DNA of 63,991 nucleotides, filler included, from 7 parts of 7 records of this genome joined end to end with filler, not necessarily neighbours in it; one strand, 5' to 3'; shown: positions 30,502-45,206, numbered from the whole stretch's first letter. Made by a program: numbers and translations. The notes: generated by a model not told the origin, from the sequence alone.

Positions 30502-31822
30502 GACGGAGGTCTCCCGGAAAACACTGCAACGCGTTCGAACGAATGCACAGTAAAACGCACTCCGGCCGCTCCGACAGAATCTCTCAACCGAGGTGCTCCA
30601 GCCGCACTGTTTCTGTAAATGTCGATTGTGGCGTTCCCGTCGACGATCCAGAGCCAAGGAGCGTTGCAGAGCACTCAGCGGTCGCTGGAAAGCTGGTTGG
30701 CAAGCATACGCGTACAGGAGGGATCGTGGACTGTTCCTAAGTCAAGAGTTTCAGACCGTTTGGCTGGCGTGTCGGGCGACTCCGCTGCACCCGCTCCTCG
30801 AGCAAGCACAAATCGCAGCGAGCCGCCGTGCGCTCGAACTCGCCCGCTCGACGTGGAGGGCGGTATCGCACACAGATCGCTTTACAGCCGCACTAATCTG
30901 ATTTCGAAACTCGCCGCAGGGCGCGCAAGCGAATGCACCGCAGCGTACGAATACTTCGTTTCTGCAGTGAATCTCTTACCGAATCACCCCAACGAGCGAA
31001 AGGCTCTCTGTACATGCAATGCTTGGTACCTGCACACAGTACGATGCGTGTGCTTCATGGGGAACCTCGCACTGGGCGAAACAATGTCACCATGACTGAC
31101 AGTCAATATGAGTCACATACAAGAGAATTGTACGTTTGGCGTGGTCCACTCTTTTCATTCGTACCTTGCGGAAGAAGCACAAGGAAAACGTGATCGGTGC
31201 AGTGGCCGAAGAATGGAACACGCTTCCCCGACACGCGCAGGCAAGGTCAAGGGGAAAAGGATTCAATGCACGGCGGAGTGCATGAAGCAGTGTGCAGGTG
31301 TCACAAGCCAGATTCCCTCCAAGCCAACGGAAGCAACCTCGAAAGTGATGTGCGGAAGTTAGCAAGTCGAGGGCAACACTTGGAGGACAGTAGGGGCTCA
31401 GACATCGTCCGCAGCAATCCGTGCAGAGGTGACCCATGGCATCGCGAGTGCGCGTCCAACTACCCCTAGTCCGCGCTGCACACCCGTGCCAACGGCGTGG
31501 AAAACGCGAATGACGTCGCTCCGATTCTGTTCCTGTCGCAAACGATCGACCAGACACTTCTAAGCTGACCGAGATTTACACTCATTTTACCGGAACTTTG
31601 AATACGAGCGTGCCTGCCACGGTTTCTCTCGAGATTTGCGCGGGGATCAAGTAAAGGCGCGCGCCCGCAGAAACTGCAATGCTTGGGCAAGCATCCAGGT
31701 GGCCCACGCCCGAATATTTTGGNNNNNNNNNNNNNNNNNNNNNNNNNNNNNNNNNNNNNNNNNNNNTTAATTAATTAANNNNNNNNNNNNNNNNNNNNNN
31801 NNNNNNNNNNNNNNNNNNNNNN

Positions 31823-31844
31823 GAGAGAGAGAGAGAGAGAGAGA
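31823..31844. repeat. (GA)n microsatellite at contig end
   Basis: Directly visible. Confidence 0.95.
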
Positions 31845-32113
31845 CATCGCGCGTGCACGATTTGAGCTGCGAAACACCGTTCGTCGCCTCATTCGCTTTC
31901 TTCGTGCGTGTAGCTGAGCACAGCACGGATTCTTCGTCAGACATGGTACTGTGAATACGCATCAAAGTATTGGGTTCGTCATTCCTGCGCTGACGCTTGT
32001 CGTGTCCGACGTCTCGTATTCTCTCCGTTCCGTCACGTTCGTATCTGCTGCGCCGTCTCTCTCACCCTCACCATCGTTCTCCCGCTCCCACGCTTCCTGC
32101 TGCCGATGGGTAG

Positions 32114-35100
32114 CGAATGCCTCGGAGGATATTAAGCACAAGTCGATTGTTGCCGGATGGTGCATTGAGTGGACGCAGGCGTTCTTCCTTGTGGCGGATG
32201 ATATCATGGACTCGGTACGATCGCGTGGGAACGATGAGCCTCTGTGTTTGTCGGTCGTGCGGCGGAATGGGAGCGGTGCGGAGTGTGTGCTGGTATAGTT
32301 GCGCTTCGTACATGCGGGAGAAGCGACGAGGGAAGGCGTTTACGGTGCATGTGCGGGGAGGCGAGAGCGAGAGAGGGGGAGGAGGGGGCTGAATCGGTGA
32401 GCGGTCCACACACACATCGATGGCGCAAGATCTACCGGGAAGTGATGGACTACGAGAAGAATACTCCATGCGGTTGCTGTCGTTCTCGATCGCGGCGTAC
32501 CTCGTAGTTGAAACTCTCCCTTTCGCTCCTCAGCGCACGAGCGAGGAGTTCCTGACTCTGCTCAGTGTCGGAGAGGAATGCCATGTGTCTGGAGGACGCG
32601 GTTGCATCATTCATCCCTGGATTTCTGTTTATGTGGGCGATAAAAGCCGTGTAACGCTGCAGGTATTGATCGTATTGCTGAGCGACGTGGAATTGTGTGT
32701 ACCATTTGCTTCTTGATGATCCTTGTGCTTCGTTAGTCCGTTGAACCGCGCGATACGTTGGTGTTTCTGTGTTTCTATGTCTTTTCTTCTGTTTGGCGTT
32801 CTATTCCGTTGATTCTCAGTCAATCACGCGTCGTGGTCAACCTTGCTGGTACAAGAGAGAAGAAGTGGGAAACATTGCGCTGAACGACTATCTTATTCTC
32901 GAGGTTCGTGCGAAAACAGGAGTAGCGGAAGAAGGAAGCGGGATCAACGTCGGATGGTGGGAGAGTGTGTGATCGATCGTGTAGTGATTGATCTTCTTCC
33001 AGCGTATCGCGTTTTCCACACGCACGAATGAATCGCAGAGAAGGCAATTCTCGAAAGGGATAGAATGAAAGCACATCGATTCGTTATTCTTTGTGCGCAC
33101 GATTTCTCGCTCGTGGAAGAAAGAAGGAACATACGAGTGTATTCGTTATTATGGTTGGGTGTAGGGTGAATTAAATATCCCCACTCCCTTGTCGTGCTCT
33201 CCTTTCTCTGGTTCATTCACTTTGTTCGCGTTTCCTTGTTCCTGCCTATTGCTTTATTCTCGTTTTTCCGTCACAGGCACACGTTCTTCGTATTCTTAAG
33301 CGCCATTTCAAGAGCGAAGAGTACTACGTCCCGCTTGTGGAGCTGTTCTCTGAGGTGATTTATCGAACGGAACTTGGTCAACTTCTCGATACGAAAACGG
33401 CTATGCAAGGAGGAATCGACATCAATCGCTTCAATATTGATCTGTACGTATCCATGTTAGAGGAGAACGTGACAGTTAGTCTTGTATCCAATCACAAAAA
33501 GTAACGTTTAAAGTACAGAGATTCAAAGTGCGGAAAAATCGAGGAAGAAAGCAACAGGATTGGCAAAGATGAAGACGAATCGGTGATTGTGACTCGTCGT
33601 TGGTTTCTCCTTCTCGTCGTTGACATTTCACTTTTTCATACGATTCTGCATTTCTGAAGCGTAAATGACAGTGATCTGCTCATGCTCGTCGTTTCTCTCC
33701 GTTGCATGAAGTGTGAAGTACTTTTCGTTTCACGATTGGAATCTCATCTTCGATCTTGTTTGATTCCTATTTGTGCACTTGACACTGAGATTTGTGTTTT
33801 GCTTCGTGTTGTATCGTTTAGTTGTAGATTAATTCTTTTACTTTCGTCGCAAAACAATTTTTTCTTCGTGTATTCCGTTCATCTCCATTCTGCTCTTTGG
33901 AATATATCTCAACTTTTTGTCCTTTCTTTACCTCTTGTTTATCTCTCTTTTCCTTCCAGGTACTACGATATCGTAACGTACAAAACGGCGTTTTACACGT
34001 TTTATCTCTCTATTGCTTCTGCGTACGTTGATTTACCTGCACAATTGAGGTACATCCGAGAGAAAAGTTCTGCAATGTATCAACTGACGACAAGAGAATT
34101 CATTCATCGTGATTTGGATTTGTTTGTTTTGTGTTTATAATTTTGCTGATAATCAATTAGTTCACTTTCAAATATTGTCAATGTAGATGGAAAATCGCGT
34201 ATTGTTCTCGCAAGTGAGTTGTAGTTTCGATTCGTTATTGTTTATCGAGAGTCATTGCAATGATTCAGCGCGAAAACTCTTCGGATGACTGATTTTCATC
34301 ATCTACTACAGATCTTCTTCTTCGTGTCCCGTTTCTTATTTACGTATTTATTTACTCCTTTTCAACGTTTCTTCTTCTATGTTCCTCATGGTTTGTGTAG
34401 TCTTCGGATTGCGGGAGAATCTCGTGACGAGATCTACCAAAAGGTCGAAGAAATCAGCATTACGATCGGAAGATATTTCCAGATTCAGGTAACAAATATC
34501 GCAAATGTCACAACAACTTGCTGGTTTTGTATATTTTCGGGAGCATGTGGCGGTTTTGCGCAACCAAACGCCGAATCGAGTTTGACATGGAAGAACAGAC
34601 GTACTCGGAAGACGAAACAGTCGAGAAGAGAGATTCGAGTACTCTTTTCTTGAGCACCATTGAATTTCCGACGTATATAAGATTCTTCTTTTTGCACTCT
34701 CCTTCGTGACTTTGATGTTGTATTGTTAAGGATGATGATTTCTTTCTTCTACTTTTCGTGTTCTGTTCTTTGGTTCGTGTTTCACTCGATCTCGTTGTCT
34801 GATCGTTTCTTCTCTCACAACGTGAATGATATGGATTTCTTCCCTGTCGTTTCTCTCTTCCCTCTTATTCCTACGTGAATGTAGTCGCACTGGCATGAAG
34901 AACCTCTTTTTCTTTCTCTTCTCCGGAATATCTATGTCGTCAGCGTTGTTCACTGTGTTGATTGTTAGTTTCTTCCCGTTTTTCCCTTTTTCACCGTATT
35001 TTGATCTTTGTTACGTTGGTTCAGTGTTTCGCGTTTTGATCATAATGAAGTTTGCAGCGTTTCTGTTCGTTGCGGTTGTTACTACTCTGTCTCATTGCGT

Positions 35101-35800
35101 CATATTCCTCAATATCTGTTTGTTTTCTAACCTTTCTCTCGTTCTCGTTGACCGTTCCTGCAGGACGATTATCTCGATTGCTTTGGTGTCGATATTGGTA
35201 AAATCGGGACTGATATCCAAGATAACAAGTGCTCTTGGCTCATCGTTCAGGTGAGGAATTCTCGTTTGCTCGTTGGCTCATAGATTCGAATACAGTCCAA
35301 GTGACAGCGTTGTGGACGATGTGGTGCATGTAGCTGTTATCGCACTGTAACATCCTTTTTTGTATGTAGACCGATGCAAATGCCCCATACTATCTCGTGA
35401 TTGTGATCCGTGAAGACACGCGTGTTATTTCCGCTGCTTGTGCTTCGCAGCGGAATCGCTCACACAGAGACCTCCCTCTTGCTAACTCGTATACTTTCAA
35501 TCATGCCCTATCGCGCTAACTCGTTTCTTCTATGATACAAACTTTGTTATTCGGCAGGCGAAAGATCTCGCTTCGGAGGAGCAGAAAAAGGTTCTGCAGG
35601 AGAACTACGGTCGTGACAAGGAAGAGCACATTGAGGCAGTGAAGCAGGTGTATCGCGATCTCAATCTCCCCGCCGTGTACGAGAAGTACGAGCAAGAGAC
35701 GTACGAGAAGATCTGCGGGATGATTCAGGAGATGGACGGAAAGATCAATACTGCGGCGATTCAGCAGCTGGTGGACAAAGTGTACAAGCGCAGCAAGTAA
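32114..35800 (+). CDS. FDPS: Farnesyl diphosphate synthase, spliced, 5' part missing
   Basis: Exons 32114-32214, 32820-32903, 33277-33443, 33960-34022, 34401-34488, 35164-35250 and 35558-35800. Motifs [57 protein letters not shown] and YKRSK-stop. Confidence 0.96.
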
Positions 35801-36284
35801 CTTGGATACGCAGTGGTGGTGAATCCGCGCAGAGCGATGTTTGCCCGGGTTCCGCGGACGCGTTGCCGCGATATGCCGTCTGCACTCGTACTACCTCGCT
35901 ACGCGTGTGGTAGCATAAAGTAGAGCGCGTGAGAGCGTGTACGGGAGCGCGATGTGGCGGTGGACCGAGGGAGCGCTTCTCCTGCAGGCGCGCAGCACGT
36001 GAAGGAGTATCCAGCGCTGCGTTGCTGCCAATACACATCCTCTCCATTCCAATGCGCGCCACACTACCTGCTATTGCGCGCAGACGGGGAAACGTGGGCG
36101 GCACAGAGCGATCGAGATGCGCATGATGCTCTCGTACATCACAGCACCGCACGATACGCGCGTGCGAAAGAGAGAGGGGGAGAGGGAAGACGCATCACAA
36201 CCACACTAGGAGTTCTCCGTCCAGGCACGCGTTCCTCGCTGTCTTGTGCGTACACGCCTGTGCGTTTGCCCGGAGTGGGTAAGT

Positions 36285-38297
36285 TTATTTGTGCGGTGTG
36301 CTCTTCTCCGATGCCCATTGGAAGTGATTACATCGCGCTGCGACGTTTCCTGGCGGTCCAGCAGGACGACTGCAGACCCAGAACTCGCGATTCCAGTTCA
36401 CGCCGGGTTTCCCGGAACGCCTGCATAAGCATCGTATTCATCACCATCGTAGCCACATACACACCGTACGTGAGTGCGCTGTACCTGCGGGCAGCCGCAG
36501 TGGCAGCGGGTACAACGAGCCCTCGCTCCCACCAACCCATCATACACCCCAATCCATTTGCGCACACCCTGTGTCTACCCCATCACGCAATATAGTCCCA
36601 AACACTCGCTCGCACTGCGCATATGCAAGGAGAGTGCGGGAGGAGGAGACGAACGCGGCCAGGTTGGGGAGACGCAGAGCGATCCAGCGTATCCCAGTCA
36701 GTGCTGCTCCACACGTCGAACCGTCGGGGCTTCGTGCGAAACGCAAGCGCGTGCGCAATCAGTGCATACGTGGGTGTGTCTTTCTTTCGTGAGAGAGCAT
36801 TGGGATGCACACATACCGCAGCACGCACGGTTCGCGGTGTCCCTGGCACAGAGGTGCTGTGCGTTTCCCGGGGAGGAGACTTCGCCACACCGCAGCTACA
36901 CCGGAAGCGCCAGAACCAGAGCCATCGCCATTACTAGCCCCAGAGCCATTCCCAGAGCCATTGCCATTCCCAGAGTCATCACCAGAGCCAAAACCAGCCC
37001 CATCACTTGCCCGATCGCTAGCTGTATCGCACCGTTCTGGCACGGTCGCTGCCGGCGCCGCTCGACTCGCCGGTGGGCCTCGAGAGCGCTCTGCGGCGCC
37101 GCGCGCCTGCACCGCATCACTCGTGCACGGCAGAGCGGGCGCTCCCTGACGGAACGCCGCCACGATCGTGAGCGGCGGCGCGCGCGTGCGAGATCGCTTA
37201 CGCGCGGGAGTGTCCGCGGGCGCGCACCGGTCGCTGTGCGCCGCAGAATCACGCGTGGTGCCGGAGAGCGCGCCGGTGGGCGCAATGTCATTGGCGCCCG
37301 GCGCACGACGCCGGAAGAACGCCAGCATATGGGTTTGTTTCCCTTGGAACTCGGGGAGATTCTCGGCGGCATGCGGAAGTGGCGAGGTGAATCGCGGCAG
37401 TTCCACATCGAGGTCGCAAGATAGTGGACAGTGATCGGAGCCAAAGACCTTGGGATGGATATCGCACGCATGTAAGGCGGCACGCAGTTCACGGTCGACG
37501 AGGCACAGGTCGATGCGCGCGCCGTAGTTCAGTGCACGTGCGCCGGTTTTCGTGTTCCAGCACGTGTACGCGCGCTCGCGAGTCGGGTGCAGCGCGCGAA
37601 ACGCGTCGAACAGGTGCTCACCGGACGCCATGTGGCGCACAAGCGCGCGGCATTCGTCCGCGTCAAGGTCGTCCTCTGATACATCGGCAAGAAAGGCAGA
37701 GTCGTCACGACCGAGCGCGACATTGAAATCGCCAACAATGATCACTCTTTGCCCACAACTGCGCAGGCTCTGTGTGCGCTCCGAGAGTGCGCGGAGGCAG
37801 CGCATCTTGTACGCCCGGCGCTCCTCGCGCGTGCTGTCGTCGGGGAGATTCGGCACGTAAACATTGAAAAGAACAAAGGCTCCGTGATCCGTGATAACAC
37901 ATCGACCTTCCTCGTCGAGAGATGCACCTGCCCACTCCTGAACCGCAGCGTGCGAGAGGTCAGCACAGTCGTCTGCGCCGCTCTGCAGCGGCAGAGCAAA
38001 TCCGTGCGCAGACGCGCGCGGACGGCACGCCCGGCGCACAAAGGTCGCAACACCAGAGTACCCGCCGCGCCTCTTGCAGCACGAAAAGAACCCTATGTAT
38101 CCTTCCACATGAGCAAGGGTAGAATCCATCATACTCCTAGATATTTTCGTTTCTTGAACACATATGATGTCTGCACGACACGAGTCCAACAGGCCGCGAA
38201 GACCGCCGGTGCGCCGCGGTTTGCCGTGCAAGAACCCCGCCGCTTCATTCGTGGCAATGGCGCGTATGCCATTGACGTTCCACACAACGATACGCAT
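36285..38297 (-). CDS. APEX2: AP endonuclease 2 (EEP domain, PIP box, Zf-GRF), two exons
   Basis: Exon 38297-36817 has WNVNG, QETK, GYSGVA, GDFN, YTCW, GARID, GSDHCP, PIP box QTHMLAFF and PLCQGHREPC. Exon 36420-36285 completes the Zf-GRF (GVNWNREFWVCSRP...RCNHFQW). Confidence 0.95.
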
Positions 38298-39372
38298 ACA
38301 CAACAACGAACAGAAAGATTGGTAGCGGTAATTACAACGATCAAATTCTATGCATATAATAGCCTAAACCGCTGAAAGGGAAGCGCTGAGCCGTATTCTG
38401 CGTGGCGTAGCAACGCGGCAGTCAAGCGCCGAAGCGCCCAGCAGCTTCGCTGCAGTGAAGCGCGAGGAGCACGCGCAAGCAGGCGAGCGACCACGGCAAG
38501 CGCACAGTCTTCGGCCCGAGCACCGAGACCAGCCTCACCGCCCTCGAATGAGCTGGTATTACAGATTATACAAGATCAAGATATAGAGATGATATTTTCT
38601 GCGTACGCTCGGATTAGGCGACGCTAAGCATCGAGCAGAAACGAGCTTTGTTCGCTTTTCGCTTCCCACAGCGGACAGCGCTGCGAGCCCGCGAAGCAGC
38701 GGATGTGGCCAACGGTTACCCACCTACTCGAATGCAGTGTCTCGCGCTGCGACTTTATCCGGATGTCGTGTTTTGGTAAGCAATGTATATCGTTGAGACA
38801 AACATGGAAACGCGAAAAATCGCAAACGCACAGCACTCGCGCCGCTCCTCTACGAACGAACGCGCCATGCAAACGCGGCAGCGCGCAAGCGACCGCCCAA
38901 GGAACCGAGCCACCAGAAACAAGGGTTCACCAACAAGGGTTTGTTCACATGGACGGGGTATTGCGAACCCTACTGGTTGACCGTCAAAGCTCTGGGTCCC
39001 TTTCCATTTTCGAGACGCAGCACGCAGGCAGTACGCGAGAGTGCGCCAGACGCGCTCTCCACGCTGCCGCGTCGACCTTGCCCCGTAACACGCGCACAAT
39101 CCACCGGTGTTTAGAATTGACAGATATACGAACTATTGTTTCCATGCAAAGCTTGGAGACACGCAGTGGGGGGAGAACATACTTGTGAACTTGGGCGCCG
39201 AGACACGGAAAGATTCCCTCTGGCGCTACGCGATCATCCACCAAGGCACAGGGCAGCAGTGACCCTGGCGACGCTCGCTTCCGCCCTCAACGCCTGCATC
39301 GCTGACGGTTGCTTTCAAAAGAGGGGTATCGTTGCGTTCATTGATCATTCACCGTGAGAAACGTGTGGCCTC

Positions 39373-42300
39373 TATGGAAGACGCTGGCGCACGAGGGATG
39401 CAGAGAGACGCGGAACGAAGCGCTTCGCCTCGGCGCAGCGCGTTGGCAACAAAGGCGGCGACCTTTGCGAGTGCGGCTGCAGCACCAGCAGCAATGCCCA
39501 CGCGTGTGGCTCCTGATGCTATCACAGCACTGACCCGTAAATTTACGGTAAGAATCGTGGGATGGTGCTGGGCTGTGTGGGCACGCGCCAGCTACAGATG
39601 CAGCACGGCGCCTGCACCTTGTGTTCCCCCATGGAACCATCCGGCTTCGACAACGCGTGGTTGCTCAGTGACAGCACGTCCGCGTTTGTACACCTGACCT
39701 TCTTTGCTTCGCCCGCCGGTAATGCAACGTACAGGAAGAATTTGGTGTAGACCGTGAGCTACGACAGGAAATACTAGAGCAGGAGCGTCAAGCTGGTATG
39801 GCGCGCCTGCGCGACATCAAGGAGCGGCACGCGCAGCAGCTGCAAGACGAGGAGCGACTGCGGAAGATGCAGAGCGTGCTTGACCGTCTCGAGGCGGAGA
39901 AGGAGGAGGAACTGCGCGCTAAATTGGAAGAAGGTACTTCGGAGATACTAAAATTCCCAGATAATATAGCAAAACACGTCTCTACAGACATATCCACGGT
40001 GGCAGCGCGAGCGTGCACAAAACTTGTCCTGCTCCTCCGCTCCACGCTTTCTCTGCGCTAAACTCGCCACTCCGCACACTCATAATGTCCTGGGCGTAAC
40101 AGCTCGTGCGCGCCAACTTCTCCAAGCGATTGACGCGTCTGAGTACGAATCCATCGAAAAGGAGAAACAAGCAGAACTTGAGGCGCTCCAGCAGTCCCGG
40201 GCAGCACTGGAAGAGAGTGAGCGAGCGCTGTTGGACGAAATCGAGCAGCTGCGCGCGAAAATGGCGCAAAAAGAGGACGCAGTGCCAACGCAGCCTGACC
40301 GGACAAATTACCGACTAGGTCAGTGGCTGGGAAAACGCAAGAGAATTTACATTATTACACATGCATGCGCACTACTTGCAAGCATCTACCTCCTCAAAAA
40401 TATTATTCGTTCTTCGACGGCAGTTTAGGATAGCGACTTTTGGAACATGAGCTGAATCTGTTCCACCGACGTGTTGCCCTGCGTGACATGCGCCGAGCAC
40501 TACCCGTCCCGCGCATCCCACACGGGGATGAATCATATCACAGCGCCCCCATAATCGAGCTCACTCAATGCCAAATGCGCGCGTGTCCGCGCACAAAGGT
40601 TCCTTTGCGCGGACTTGGTAATCTCACCGCCTTGACTCACTCTCGCCAGACGGCGGAGCGACGCAGCGAAAGAGTACCGACGGGCACGGTCGAGTACTTG
40701 GGCAGAGTCAACGCGGTCCACTTTCTGGCCTTCACGTGACTTGCACTGTACTATTTGTAATGCTTTAAGGCCGGATCGCTTGATTTGTACGTACCATAAC
40801 AGGGCAAGCGCCTGCACTGTTCTGCGGTATATGCTGTGTCGCGCAGATCGCAAGAAAACCGCTGCAGAAGAGCAGCGCGGCGCTATTCTTGTCCAAGCGG
40901 AGCGCCTCGCCGCTCTCCGAGCCAATCACGAGCGTCTCCTTCGGGTACGCCCCAACCGAGCGGAACCCACCCCGATTCGTCTCCCCGTGATTTGTTGTAC
41001 AATTGAGATACACTCCGGAGATTGTAGTACCGCAACATTTTCACTCTTCGCTACGAGTTACTCGGCAGATAACAATACGTTCCTACGCATCGTGGGAGGC
41101 AGCAGTACGAAACTGCGTCGATAGAAGTTGTGGTGTTGGACGCGCCAACTCCAGCACGTACACCAGTGCTCTGCGCTAACACGTTCAGGAAACCAAGCTC
41201 ATTCCACAATGGTTCTATGTGCAAGAAGAGATCCGGTAGCAGCCGGAGCAGCATCAGTGCGCAGCACGCGCACGGACAAGTGATCGTCTTGGTGTCGAGG
41301 TAGCGTGCACAACGCTCATAACACGCGTTGCCGCGCATACAGGGAGAAAGAAAGAAACGTAGAGACAAACAGTGACGCCCATGCACGTACACGTACGCGC
41401 ATTTGCTCGCCTATAAACGATCTACTCATGTGCTAAAAATAGCACGGGAGTCTTTCATTTGCAACTGGGAGGAGGGAAGGTGCGGGTCCATACTGCACGG
41501 TAACCACGTGATCTCGTTCACGTACATTTTGCGAGCTAATGACGCACGCATGCGGCCTTCGCGTGCTCTCTTGCGCTCTCTGCACGTGTTGTAGGAGCGT
41601 AGCGACATGGAAGAGAAGATGGAGAAGATGATGAGTCCTCGGGGCGATCGCGCGCTTGCACGAGAGGGCGACGCAGCGCGTCACCCCGTATCCTCCTCGC
41701 CCAGTACTGACGCGCAGCGCCACACGGCGCTGATCCGCACGCGACTCGCTGCCATTCGCCGCGCGAAAGCAGAGGCGGCGGCGCGCGACGCGGCGGCGCT
41801 GGATGAGCTGAGCGATCATCTCGGCGAAGCGGTCCCGGCGGGTACGCGCGGGGGCGACTGCGACACGCCTTCGTCCCCCGATACGCGCGAGTACCTCTCC
41901 GCGCAGTGGGAATCGCTGCTGCAGCAGGACGAGACCGGTGCCGGAGACGTCGCGGCGTCCCCGCTGCGTGGACCATCGGGCGTCGTCGAGGCGCCCTCGC
42001 CGCCGCCAAGCCGCGAGAAAGCGCCGCGCAGCTGGTCGCCTCCGCCGCCGGAGCGCGCCGAGGCGGTGGCGACACCGCGCTCACCAACTCCACATCGCAG
42101 CGCGACGCCGAGCGACACGCCTGGACGTGCAGTCGCCGCGGAGGCGGACGACGACGACGAGCCGGAGCGACCGGGTGCCGCTTCGCCGGAGTGCGACGCG
42201 CGCGGAGATCGAGCGCGGGCAGACGACGAGGCGGTCGCGGATCTGCGCGCAGAGTACGCCAGTCTCGGCATACACGACGAGGAGCTCCTCCGCGAGATCG

Positions 42301-45060
42301 AGGAGCTCGAGGCGGTGGAGCGCGCGAGGCGCCCGACCAACGGCAACGCGGCGCACACAGCCGCTGCACCGCCGCCGCCGCGTGACGCGCCGGTGTTTTC
42401 CGCCCACGCGCCGCATTCGCACCGCGGCGCTGCGCACACGGCGGCACGTGAGCGCGCCGCGCCGCACGCGCCGACCGGCTCCGGCGCGCCACCGGCGTGG
42501 GGCGGACCCACGTACCCCACAGATCCGACGCACGCAGTGATAGCACGACACATGGCGTGGCAGCGATCACTGGAGGAACAGCTGCGCGAAACGCGAGCAC
42601 AGGCTGAGCTTACGCGCGTCATGCACCAGCAGGAGCAGCAGATGGCGATGATGCAGGAGCTCACGCGGGCGCTCGCGGGTCAGGCGGGCGCTGCGGGCTC
42701 CGGCCCGCCAGCGGGGTCCGCGGTGCCGCCACCGTCCACCGAAGATGCCATCCAACAGGAAATCGCCCGATTAGCACGACAGCGAGAGCTCCAGACCCTA
42801 CGCCACGAGTTGGAAGCTACGGAGAAGGAACACAAGCGCCGCATGTGGATCGAGGAACAGCGCCAGCAGCTCCTGGAGGCGCGCTTTCGGAAGCAGCTGC
42901 GCGTTGAGGGTGTATCGCACGAGGCGGCGACGCGTCCGCAGCCGCAGCGCGTCACGCAGTCACCTCCGTCGCCTCCTGCTCCGGACGCACAGCACGCGGA
43001 AGTGTACGCATTCATTGATTTTGTCGAAGGGCTACCGTCGCGGATCAAGCGCTGCAGCGTGCTCCTCGGCGATGCGGCGCTGCAGCGCGGGAAGCAGCTC
43101 GCGGTGGCGGACGCCGAGGACCCGGGCCAGTTTGTGTTCGCGTGCGAGGCGTCCGTGCCCGTCGACAGCGGCGGCGCAGCTCCGGTGGGCGCGAGCACTG
43201 CCACGCAATCCGCGCAGCGCCAGGTGCGCGTGCTCGAGTTCCGCGGCGTGGACGCGCAGGGCAGGACCGGGCCGCTGTGCTGGACGGTGCTCCCCGCGCA
43301 CCTGGCGCTCTCCGCACCGCAGCGACTCGCGCTGCCGCTGCTCCGCCTCCCGGTGGCGCGGGAGAGTTTCCGCCGGTACGGCACGCAGTCTGCCGCGGCA
43401 TTCGTACGCCTGGTACAGCGGAACACCTCGCATGACATAGACTTTCGCGCAGAGGCTGTTGAACCGGATGCGCTGCGCGATACATTTGTGCCGGTTTCCA
43501 CTGAGGAGCTGTTCAGTGCGGCGATCGGTACTCGGGGAGGAAGCGGCGCAGCGGGCGCGGAGAGCGCGCAGGAGCGGTCCGCGCGCGATGTGGACCCCGA
43601 CGACGCGCCTGCGCCGCCCTCGGCACCCGCGTCACCCTCCTCGCCCGCTGCGGCTGTGTCGGTACGTGCGAATGACGTAGGCGACTCGCCGGCGACGCGC
43701 AGTGTGCCGCCTGTGAGCGCGCGCAGTACGCCTGCGCCGGACGCGAGCCCCAGCGTTGCGCCGGCAGAGGAGGACCGCACCGCACCGCCATCGCCGGCAG
43801 GGGAGGACCGCACCGCACCGCCATCGCCATCGCCATCGCCACCGCCATCGCCACCGCCGCCGTCGCGCCGCATGAGCCCCCGGAACGGCGTACAAGCGCA
43901 TGAGGAGCCTGCAATGGTGCGGGAGCCGCCAGAAGCACCCGCGGACGACCCCGCCCCAGCGCCCTCCGAGCGTGACGAACACGCGGACGACGGCGGCACC
44001 GTGGTTCCGGCGGCGGTGTATCGGCCCGTGGCGCAGCGTTCCGCGTACACGGAGCGTTTCGCGCAGGATGACGGGTGCGATGTTGTTCTCGACGGGTTCC
44101 GGCATCTACCGTTTGACTGTGGGCTCAGCGTGGTCCGCGTGTATGCGGTGCGTTCCTCGGGGAACCTCGTGCCGATCGGCGGGACGGACGACAGCGCCGC
44201 GTACACGGAGGGCGACGCAGCGACAAAGCGCTGGCGTGATGCGCAGCGAGCGCCGCTGCGCATTGCACCTGCACTCGATAGCACAACGACTTTTCCACGC
44301 ACGGAGGCGCTGATAGAGATCCGTGAAGATCGCTACGATCCACGCACACTACTCGTTGTGGAGCTTCTGAGTATCCGAGACGGTGCAGTGCAGTCGCTCG
44401 GGTACTGCTGCTTCCCGCTCTTTGTCCCCGTAGGCGGCACATCCGCGAGCCCACGGCCGCCGCGCGCCGCCGACACCGCGTACGCCCTACGCGAGGGAGC
44501 ATTCCAGTGCGCTATATACTGGGGAGTTCTCCCGCGAATGGAGACTGTCGTGGCAATGGACGGGATTGCCGTGGCGGCGTCCCCGGCGCGCGTCCCCGGT
44601 GCGTCTGCGCTCGTACGCGTCCGCCGCGCGCCGCGCACCGAGGACGGCCTCGAGGTCGCGTCGCGCGCCAGCGAGCGGCGTGCGGTGCTCGAGGGCGCCG
44701 TGTCGGTGCGCGCACCGCCGTACGAAGATGGCGTGTACGACACAGCGGCGTTTTTCGCGCCGTCGGAAGCAGAGGTGGCGCTGCTCGCAAACCGCGCGGC
44801 GAGCGAGCCTGCACGCGCGATCTCGGACGCGTACCGCGCGGAACGCATCGCAGCGACGCGCACCAGCGGCGACGGCGATGCGGCGGCGCTGCGGACAGAC
44901 GCGGAGAAGCGTGAATGGATTGTGCGCGCCGCTGAACGCGACGAACTCGACAACGCAGTGGCGCTACCGCTGCGCCGTGTCTCGCCGTACGCACCGGGGC
45001 GCGGGTTCCTCTTCCGCGCTGTGAGGCTCCTCCAAGCGCCGAAAGCCGCCTTCTACACCG
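39373..45060 (+). CDS. Large coiled-coil / Pro-rich protein with CCDC17-like C-terminal region, spliced, partial
   Basis: Coiled-coil exons near 39735-39933, 40103-40318 and 40847-40944; the last splices in phase to a large exon 41595-45060. C-terminal DGCDVVLDGFRHLP, DPRTLL, GYCCFPLF, EGAFQ and PYEDGVY recall CCDC17-like proteins. The 5' exon structure is uncertain. Confidence 0.6.
43760..43860 (+). repeat. In-frame 33-bp tandem duplication (PAxEDRTAPPS x2) followed by a CCATCG/CCACCG (Pro/Ser) run
   Basis: Directly visible in DNA and protein. Confidence 0.85.
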
Positions 45061-45206
45061 GTACGCAGCCATGTAGGCGCACTTGTATCCGTACGCGGTA
45101 CAGAGGAAGGATGTGCATTTATGTGTACATACGAGAAATGATTCCCCTGTACTCACCCCAACTGCATCGTCTACGGCACTGTGGATGGAAGGACTCGGGC
45201 ACCTAC

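Noticed and set aside
40429-40445. Possible in-frame TAG in a candidate exon (stop-codon reassignment)
   Set aside because: Exon boundaries here are ambiguous. EF-1alpha ends normally at TAG, and FPPS, GatA and APEX2 splice without internal stops.
41536-45156. Long antisense and alternate-frame ORFs (e.g. 42680-44302 minus)
   Set aside because: Shadow ORFs of a very GC-rich coding exon with no recognisable motifs.
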